From positions 50,282,001 to 50,346,000 of the forward strand of contig OX597819.1 of NCBI GenBank assembly GCA_951406725.2: a DNA stretch of 64,000 bases, given 5' to 3'. The translations under genes and the position numbers were made by a program. This document shows positions 55,009 through 64,000 of the stretch, in pieces. The notes beneath the pieces were generated by a model. It made no database searches. It was given only the letters and a program-made list of their open reading frames with translations, and had not been told where the DNA came from. The stretch comes from Octopus vulgaris. Lineage: Eukaryota. Positions within the stretch are counted from its first letter, which is position 1. Each line of letters begins with the position of its first letter.

Positions 55009-55740
55009 GTACGTACATATATATCTGTATGTACGTATGTACGTATATATATATGTATGTATGTATATATGTATGTACGTATGTATTAGTAATATGGATA
55101 TGGTGGACGGAGTGGGAGTGTGGTTAATTTAATAATGCTGTCAGAATAATGGTATAGCAGATGTCAAACTAAATGATTGAGACGATAAAAGTGCTATATT
55201 TACTTACTGTCAAGAAGGCAAAAACTATATAAAATATTTTTGTTATTGTTGTTGTTGTTGTTACCATCCAGCCCCTGGTCATCATTGATTGGATCCTCTA
55301 GTCCTATAATAACCTGGCTTTACACGCAAAACCGTGCTGTATATTTTTATATATCTACGACTACGTTCTCTTTAGTACTCTTCGCTTTTTTTACATTGAT
55401 AGCGTGTGATTTGAGGGCATTCAACTGTTATTTCTGTGATGTCGTCCGAGGGTCTTTCATTGTTTCGTGTTATCAGCATTGCTAGCTCAGCTGATATTGG
55501 CGTCTGTGCATTAGGCTCAACAGACATTTCTCAAAGCGTTGAGTTATGAAACTGTTATGTCGCAATACTACACAGTGGCTGTGTGAGCTACGAAATCCTC
55601 GTCGCCACTGTTATGTCGCACGTTCGGATGCCTCTACGACTCAACTTCGGCTCTCTACTGCTACTCTACTCTGTTCGCTACTACTGTTCTAGTCTTACTG
55701 ACGTCTAGGCTTCTCCCTCCATATCTATGTATTGGGCTGT

Positions 55741-56130
55741 GGAAGCGCAATGGCCCAGTGGTTAGGACAGCGGACTCGCGGTCGGAGGATCGCGGTTTCG
55801 ATTCCCAGACCGGGCATTGTGAGTGTTTATTGAGCGAAAACACCTAGAGCTCCACGAGGCTCCGGCAGGGGGTGGTGGTGAACAGTGCTGTACTCTTTCA
55901 CCACAACTTTCTCTCGCTCTTTCTTCCTGTTTCTCTTGTACCTGTATTTCAAAGGGCCAGCCTTGTCACATTCTGTGTGTCACGCTGAATCTCCTCGAGA
56001 ACTACGTTAAGGGTACACGTGTCTGTGGAGTGCTCAGCCACTTGCACGTTAATATCACGAGCAAGCTGTTCCGTTGATCGCATCAGCTGGGACCCTCATC
56101 GTCGCAACCGACGGAGTGCTAAGAAGAAGA
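55741..56130 (+). mobile_element. tRNA(Arg)-like-head SINE, family C (full length)
   Basis: ggaagcgcaatggcccagtggttaggacagcggactcgcggtcggaggatcgcggtttcgattccc head; (AAG)n tail. Confidence 0.85.
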
Positions 56131-56289
56131 TGTATTGGGCTAGCCTACTTCATCGTCTGGGGGCGTCCACACAAAAGCAACTAACAGTATATTACTGGTA
56201 CATTTTATTTAAACAAAATCAACAGCGATATCGATTTTCAGTGAAGCTGCATTTGGATTTAGAAACAGAGAGTATGAAACTAAAGCGAA

Positions 56290-56460
56290 GCTGTGCGTAT
56301 AGATGTATGGTAAGGAAGAGGTTCGTTTCGTAAGCTCGTCGTACTGGTTTCGATGCGACCTGCGCTGCACTTCTGGCAAAGGTATTCTACGAAAACATCA
56401 TCAATGTTTTGTGAAAGAAATGCGATTGATGGTAATCGTGTCGAAAGAAGCCCGTCGTGT
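56290..56460 (+). mobile_element. SINE family A 5' part running into (TATG)n (56460-56740)
   Basis: tggtaaggaag...ggtttcgat...gaaagaagcccgtcgtgt. Confidence 0.55.
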
Positions 56461-56499
56461 GTGTATGTATGTATGTATGTATGTATGTATGTATGTATG

Positions 56500-56533
<34 letters not shown>

Positions 56534-56596
56534 TGTATGTATGTATGTATGTATGTATGTATGGTATGTATGTATGTATGTATGTATGTATGTATG

Positions 56597-56627
<31 letters not shown>

Positions 56628-56741
56628 GTATGTATGTATGTATGTATGTATGTATGTATGTATGTATGTATGTATGTATGTATATATGTATGTATGCATG
56701 TATGTATGTATGTATGTATGTATGCATGTATGTATGTAGTG

Positions 56742-56957
56742 ACGAGAGGTTGCTGAAAAGTTTGTTGCTTCAAGGGTATCACGAAAGACCTGGTTGGAGG
56801 CCCTGTCTTCTGAATAATTTTACAGGGCTTAAAAAACTGAAGGACCGCTGCAATACGTGTGTGAATTTGAGGGGAATATGTTGAATAAAATAATTAATTA
56901 ACTGACCCTCCTGCTTTTTCTTTTACTCAAAGCCAGGAACTTTTGTGCACCCCGCCC
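56742..56957 (-). mobile_element. mariner-derived MITE, copy 2
   Basis: Reverse-complement homolog of 41257-41478; retains the transposase C-terminal remnant GLKKLKDRCNTCVNLRG. Confidence 0.8.
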
Positions 56958-57040
56958 CCCTTGTGCGTGTGTGTGTGTGTGTATACATTACTTACATTAT
57001 TTACATTCGACGGATATTTGTCCTCATGTTGTTCGTTGTT

Positions 57041-57086
57041 AACACAACGTTTCGGCTGATATACCCTCCAGCCTTCTTCAGGTGTC
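57041..57086 (-). ncRNA. Minimal type I hammerhead ribozyme, canonical core
   Basis: Minus strand: GACAC-CUGAAGA-A-GGCUG-gaggguauau-CAGCC-GAAAC-GUU-GUGUU. Stem I GACAC/GUGUU, stem II GGCUG/CAGCC, palindromic AACGUU stem III. Confidence 0.8.
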
Positions 57087-57326
57087 TTGGGGAAATTTCG
57101 AACCTGGATTCTCATTCCTAATTTTTTTCTGCATCTACATAAGAAAGTTAGATGGTTTCAAAGACGAGCTAGTTTTTGATGGAGTTTCTCTATACGTCTC
57201 CATTGAAGTCTAATGTCAGATCCGTACCGATTAGATAATACAGTTCTATATTTCAGAGATGAGGAATTATGTACATTATTTACATTATTTACATTTGAGA
57301 TATTTATCCTCATCTTGTTTGTTGTT

Positions 57327-57372
57327 AACACAACGTTTCAGCTGATATACTCTCCAGCCTCCTTCAGGTGTC
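57327..57372 (-). ncRNA. Hammerhead copy 2 (core CUGAAGG, A9>G)
   Basis: GACAC-CUGAAGG-A-GGCUG...CAGCU-GAAAC-GUU-GUGUU. Confidence 0.65.
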
Positions 57373-57418
57373 TTGGGGAAATTTCGAACCTGGGTTCTAA
57401 TTCCTAAAATTTCCCCAA

Positions 57419-57464
57419 GACACCTAAAGAAGGCTGGAGGGCATATCAGCCGAAACGTTGTGTT
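57419..57464 (+). ncRNA. Hammerhead copy 3 (core CUAAAGA, G5>A), inverted
   Basis: gacac-ctaaaga-a-ggctg-gagggcatat-cagcc-gaaac-gtt-gtgtt. Confidence 0.65.
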
Positions 57465-57711
57465 AACAACAAATAAGATAAGGACAAATATCCGTCGAAT
57501 GTAAAGAATGTAAATAATGTACATAATTCCTCATCTCTGAAATATAGAACTGTGTGTATGTATATATAGACGTTAGAATTTGAAGCTTGGGAGCGATCTG
57601 ACTCTACCAGAGTCTCGTGTTGACCAATGATTTGCGAGTAAAACTTGGCTGAAAGACACCCTGTAGAAACCCTCCGATTATATGAAGCAGCTTAAGTTTA
57701 TGAAGCTTGGT

Positions 57712-58158
57712 CTGTCTAAAAAGAAAGATCTTCAACCAGCGTGTGCTGCCCACCATTACGTATGCGTCAGAAATATGGACTACCAACAAGAGCATTGAAC
57801 ATAAACAGCTGCGGAAAGGTGAATGATGAAGATTAACAAAACGGATAAATGGAGAAGTAACACGATAAGAGTGGGAAAAAAGGTTTGACGGATATTATCT
57901 AGAAAATAAAATATCTGAAATGGTCTTTCACGGGATGTGTTTAGGAGAAAGGACAATAGATTGGATAGCAAATTGACGGAGTGGACACCACGTCCAGAAA
58001 AAGAGAAGGATGGGAAGACTATGCAGAAGTTGGAATGAAATCTTTGTTAAAGTCTTCGGCGCCAAAATATGGATGAGGAAAACATCAGACCGTGGTTGGT
58101 GGAGAGAACATGCTGAGGCCTTTAACTGGCAGTTGACTGAACATGTGCAAGGATGATG
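57712..58158 (+). mobile_element. RTE-clade LINE 3' end (degenerate)
   Basis: CLKRKIFNQRVLPTITYASEIWT, RRKDNR...KLTEWTPR, WMRKTSDRGWWREHAEAFNWQLT; ends gatgatg. Confidence 0.85.
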
Positions 58159-58925
58159 TACCTAGCATAAGGCTATAACTTAACATAGCATAACACATGA
58201 AACTTGAGGTAGATTTGGTTACTTCTTTTAGCAGATCGAATGACTAGGCTCGACAATATCAATAACGCCGCACAAATAATGTACGTCACTTAATTTAAGA
58301 ACGTTTAAAGTATACGTATTACCCCTCCTTTCAACCAACAAAATGGAATGATTTAGCGGATCGAATAACTGGATTTGGTTATTAATAACGCCACGAAAAT
58401 GTTCGTCTCTTAGTTTAATATCATTTAAAACATAACATCCATTGCCTTTTGATAGATGGAGTCTATACATTACACATTGACAAGAATACAATCATGTCTC
58501 AAATACATATTGGAATACAGGAAATGTCTGAAATCGGAATCATATCTACGAAGCCATGAATATGTAGGTTTGATGATAAAATTTTCTGAAATTTCTTCCA
58601 GTTGTTTTTTGGCTGTTATCATATAAATCATTCGATTTCCACAACTTCCTTCGTTGAATACTCATTTTAACCCGCTTCCATTAATTTTCTATCGAGAAAT
58701 GTGCTGGCCGTTGCGGTACACGGATTTTCTTTCCTTTTAAATTAATCCCTTGTTTACTTATGCAATATGCTACGGGTCGACATTGGTGTTATGTTTTGTG
58801 CTAGAAACAGGGTATTTCACCACTTGACAAAAACCTGATAAGATTAATGTTCGCATATTGAATTGATGTATGCAACATTATTTCTGTCTTGTACTATTCA
58901 AATTTCAGTTAAACGATGAATTGAT

Positions 58926-59035
<110 letters not shown>

Positions 59036-59092
59036 TCAATAGAAACAAGGTCCACATTCAAAGAAACTAAAGCATTCCGGCTCAAATTGTCT

Positions 59093-59240
59093 TGCAGCGC
59101 TGAGGCAGTAATGTACAAAACCGAAACTAACTCTACCAACTTGGACAGATCGGCTGGATAAATATTATATAGGAATAGTAGAAGGGTAGTTCAGACAACG
59201 ATACAAAAACCACATTGTTTCCTTCAGGCATATTAAATAC
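59093..59240 (+). pseudogene. GIY-YIG endonuclease remnant of a Penelope-like element
   Basis: CSAEAVMYKTE (59093-59125), a frameshift, then KYYIGIVEG*FRQRYKNHIVSFRHIKY. Matches the PLE pattern C..x.VVYKA...YIG.T...FK.RY.NH..SF. Confidence 0.7.
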
Positions 59241-59924
59241 TTACATAAATGGCACAAACAAATATTATTTATCCTAGCAAGGTAGCGCATTATACTGAGT
59301 AGCCTTAAAGGATCACCACAGAATTTAAATACCGAATCAGAAACAAGGAGTGGCGTCGCCACTTTGACAAATTTCTGTCGAAATTTTATAACCACCGAAT
59401 TGAACAAGTTAAAGAAGAAACGCCAGTTTCACACGTTGGCCTGCAACTTGGCTTTCATCATACATTTTCACGGAGCAATGATGTTTTACAACCTGTTAAA
59501 ATTACGAAACATACAAGTTCATATGAGCCTCACATGTCTCCCCACGGAATCCAGCTGACTTATACTTACGAACACTCCTTCTTTCAACAATCACCACCTT
59601 AGTACCTAAATGTGAAAAATTAGTATTCTTTTTATTTATTGAAAATTTTAGCTCTAAAGTCAGTCTCGCAGCCGACTCGAAGGCAAAACAGCCTTAGAAA
59701 GAAATTATCTCCCCTACAACTATGTCGCACATTATCAGAAACTAGCTGGCTCCACGCCGTCAAAAATGACGGCTAATTGTAGTATTTTATATATAAATAA
59801 GGACAAAAGATAGAATATGGATGGTAATTCAAAGTAGTACACTTCTCAAGGCTAAAATGGTCCACGAAGTGACTACATTTGAGTATGTTTTGGTTTTATG
59901 GTGATCGTGTGTATTTGTGTGGGT

Positions 59925-60237
<313 letters not shown>

Positions 60238-60639
60238 TAAACACATTATCCATTGATACACATCCTTTCACCTTAACGCTGCATTTTCCTCATTTCCTCT
60301 CATTTTCTGTATTTCTGATCTTTCTAGTCTCTCAACTGTCTTTTCAACAAATATGACTCGACAAGATATTTAATAAAGGAAACACTTTATATTGCATGCG
60401 CGTGGGTGCATACACACGCACACACAAACACTCATACACATTCACAGATACACAAACACACACAGATACACACACATACATGCACTTACAGATAAACACA
60501 CATACTCGAACATACACATTTACATATATAAATGTATATATATGCATCTATACATAGGCTTGTTTGTATATTCTTGTTACAAATATGCATCGGGCGATGA
60601 AGCGAGATAGAGAATGCTTGAATGTGGTACACACACTTA

Positions 60640-60678
<39 letters not shown>

Positions 60679-61472
60679 CGATGCATATACACATTTAACC
60701 AAGCCTGTATGCACCATGAAGCACGTGTATAAATTAACAATGCTCTCGCATATAAATACGTCCGTATGTATGTGCATATATGTTGAATTATATGTGGGTG
60801 TGTTTGCACACACACACACACACACACACAAATATACATATAATGTATATAAACATATATTCACACACACACATAAATATACATATATATGTATATAAAC
60901 ATACACTCACACACAGATTATGCATACATATACGTACAAACGTATACACACACACACACACAGATATATGTATATACATACACAGACACGCATAAATATA
61001 CATATATATGTATATAAACATACGCACACACACAGATTATGCATACATATACATATATGCATATACATATACATATATATGCATACTCACATACACATGC
61101 ACAGATATATATATATATGCACACACACATATATATTTATATCTATCTATCTACTATATGTATATATACTTACACAGATACATACACGCATTTTTATAAA
61201 CACACACACACACACACTCACACACAAACATGCACACGCGCGCACACATACACACACATACGTACGCAGACGCACACACATATATACGCATATACGCATA
61301 CAGAGAGACATAAAGCTATACATATACGATTTTGTTTTAAAAAAAAAGAAGCAAACCAAAGTATCATATTGTTATTTTAATATCTTCTTCCTTAGCAGAT
61401 ATCATCTGAAAGACATTATTATAGTCTGATAAGGTTGATAATGTATTGGTAAAAACTAATATCTACTTAAGC

Positions 61473-61564
61473 GATAATGATGATAATGATGAAAATGATG
61501 ATGACGACGACGACGATGATGATGATGATGATGACAGTGATGACTATAACGACAATGACGATGT

Positions 61565-61595
<31 letters not shown>

Positions 61596-61629
61596 AATGA
61601 TGATAAAGATTATGACGACGATGACGATT

Positions 61630-61669
<40 letters not shown>

Positions 61670-61810
61670 CAATAATGTTTATAATGAGGATAGTGACAAT
61701 GACGACGATGATAATAGCGATGATGATGATGATGATGATGATGATGGTGGTGATGATAATGATGATGATGATGATGATGACAGTGATGACTATAATGACA
61801 ATGATGATGT

Positions 61811-61841
<31 letters not shown>

Positions 61842-62270
61842 AATGATGATAAAGACTATGACGACGATGACGATGATGATGATGATGATGATGGTGATGA
61901 CGGCGACGACGACGATGACGATGATGATGATGATAGTGATGATGATGATGATGATGATGATGATGACAATAATGTTTATAATGAGGATAGTGACGATGAC
62001 GACGATGATGATAGCGATGATGATGATGATGATGATGATGATGGTGGTGATGATAATGATAACAATAATATTTATAATGATGATGGTGACGATGACGACG
62101 ATGATGATAGCGATGATGAGGACGACGACGATGATGATGATGACGATGACAATAATGTTTATGATGATGATGGTGACGATGACGACGATGATGATAGCGA
62201 TGATGATGATGATGATGATGAGGATGATGATGATGATAACACTAACGGCAATAGTAATGACAACAATTAC
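61473..62270. repeat. (GAT)n-based satellite with higher-order units
   Basis: gacagtgatgactataa at about 61532 and 61779; acaataat(g/a)tttat at about 61668, 61965, 62062 and 62148. Confidence 0.9.
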
Positions 62271-62960
62271 AAACAATATGTAATAGAAATCAATTACAAA
62301 AATTATATATATATATAAGAGATTAAAAAAAAATAGATAATACAACGCCTGTTAACAGCTGTGACCAAACAATGTTAGAATTTCTAAATGATAAGAAAAA
62401 AAAATTCCTTAAAAAAACGAAAAAAAGAAACAAATACCACCACCACCACCACCACCACCACCACCAGAACTACCAGAACTACCAGCACCAGCCTCAGCCC
62501 CAGCACCACCACCAGCACCACCACTAGTACCAAACCCACCAGCACCACCACCATCACCACCGCCATCACCACCACCACCACCACCACTAACAACAACAAC
62601 AATAAATCCCTGAAGAAAATATAATTAAAAAAATGTAAAACACAAACCGTGAAGAACGAACGATACGTAAGATAAAACGAAATATATAAATCACTTTCCT
62701 CACAATAGCAAATGATACATTATTGATATTAGTTTTAGTCTTGATAATAGTATTAATTTGATATCTCCACTTGATAACAACGCTGCTTTGGAGATGTTTA
62801 ACCACTTCAAACCAAGTCGATAAAAATGAGAGCAATTTAACGTGTAATTAAGTAGTATCGCTGAAATATCAATCTCGGTGAATGAGTTACACAGTTCATG
62901 ATCAGATAACGTTCAATGTTTCACTGCTATATTGGTCATTCTTCAGCTCGGGTAAATGCT

Positions 62961-63034
<74 letters not shown>

Positions 63035-63042
63035 TAATCATT

Positions 63043-63460
63043 TCTATCAGAGGCACAAAGCCTGAAATTTGGATGGGGTGATTTGGATGGGGTGATTTGG
63101 TGGGGAGAATCGATTTCATCGACCCAAATACTAAATCGAACTCAGAAAGATAGGAGGCAAAAGTCGACCTGATTCCGGTGGAATTCGATCTCAGAACGTA
63201 ATGAGTCGGGAAAAAATGCTGCTAAGTATTTTGTTCGACATGCTAACGATTCTGCCAGTTGGCCTCCTCATAAATGGTTTCGAATTTCGGCTCAAAGCCA
63301 GCTGTTTTACGGGAAGAATTAACCGATTTCATTGGTGCCAAAGTTCAACAGATACTGAAAGTCAACCTCGACTGAATTTGATCAGAGAATGTAAAACCCG
63401 GAAGAAATGCCGCTAAGCATTTTGTCCGAGATTTTAATAATTCTGCCCGCTCACTGCCTC
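63043..63460 (-). mobile_element. Two tandem degenerate family B SINEs
   Basis: ggcacaaagcctgaaattt...aggcaaaagtcgacc...ttctgccagtt, then a second unit ending ttctgcccgctcactgcct. Confidence 0.65.
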
Positions 63461-63690
63461 AGTCCTATTGATATGATAATGACGTTACATAGAAGAAGGA
63501 CATGGTTCACGTACTATACGGTTTCTTACCATAAATATCAAAACAGTTAAGCTAATAAAATTTCAGCTCGTTCAAGCGTAAAATTCTGAAGACGAAGACT
63601 GTGAGGATTATATTAATGATTCTGAGGGCAAGCCTTGTTACGCACAAATGTAGTCATGCAGCGTGGTCTCAGAATATTCAACCATTTATA

Positions 63691-64000
63691 TCGGGTTGTC
63701 TGGAAAGTTCGTGCCGATTTATAGTAGCTTACCTTTCGACTTATTTTAGAACATGGTTGAGTTCATAAAATAGGATTTGACTACACCTCCATTTAGAGCA
63801 CAGTTTAAGCTATCTTTTGGTGGGAGAAGGTTTATGTTCCTATAACCTGTGTTAATTCTGTAACCCTTTAAAATGGAAAATAAGAAAGTTCATTTTCAGC
63901 ACTCGATGCTATGGAAACCAGACAAAAATTTCCCACCCTCCATATTTACCAGATAGTGCTCCTTCGGATTTCCACTTATTCAGGTCTCTGCAGAATAGTC
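63691..64000 (+). mobile_element. Internally deleted mariner element (runs off the window)
   Basis: TA+tcgggttgtctggaaagttc TIR; MENKKVHFQHSMLW start (63873) joined almost directly to HPPYLPDSAPSDFHLFRSLQN, the mariner YSPDLAPSD motif. Confidence 0.88.

Noticed and set aside
55741-55815. tRNA-Arg-like sequence as a real tRNA gene
   Set aside because: Acceptor stem does not pair and it continues into a multicopy SINE body; the same applies at 20393, 37597 and 53578.
61446-62318. Asp-rich biomineralisation-type protein gene
   Set aside because: No ATG start or signal peptide; two of three frames of (GAT)n are open by default.

Overview
Gene-poor, AT-rich animal genomic DNA, dominated by microsatellites ((TA)n, (GATA)n, (GA)n, (CA)n, (GAT)n, (GGT)n, (AAT)n, (TATG)n) and fossil mobile elements. 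The repeat landscape looks like an octopus/coleoid cephalopod intron or intergenic region (inference). No intact host gene was found; nearly all long ORFs in the track are translated microsatellites. Recognisable elements: a frameshifted Chapaev3-like (CMC) transposase, mariner (DD34D) and maT (DD37D) fragments, mariner MITEs, a 5'-truncated CR1/L2-group LINE, two RTE-type LINE 3' ends, a Tx1-like 3' end, non-autonomous Helitron-like elements and three or four SINE families. The most interesting signal is a set of short, non-coding elements anchored on (TA)n tracts. Several carry minimal type I hammerhead ribozyme motifs (CUGANGA-stem II-GAAAC-GUH), some with non-canonical cores. They often sit as inverted or fold-back pairs, and a Penelope-type GIY-YIG remnant lies nearby, suggesting a Penelope-driven retrozyme-like system. 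A SINE-LINE pair with a shared 3' tail and modular head/tail swapping among SINEs are also visible. All identifications were made by eye; no database search was run and most element boundaries are approximate.
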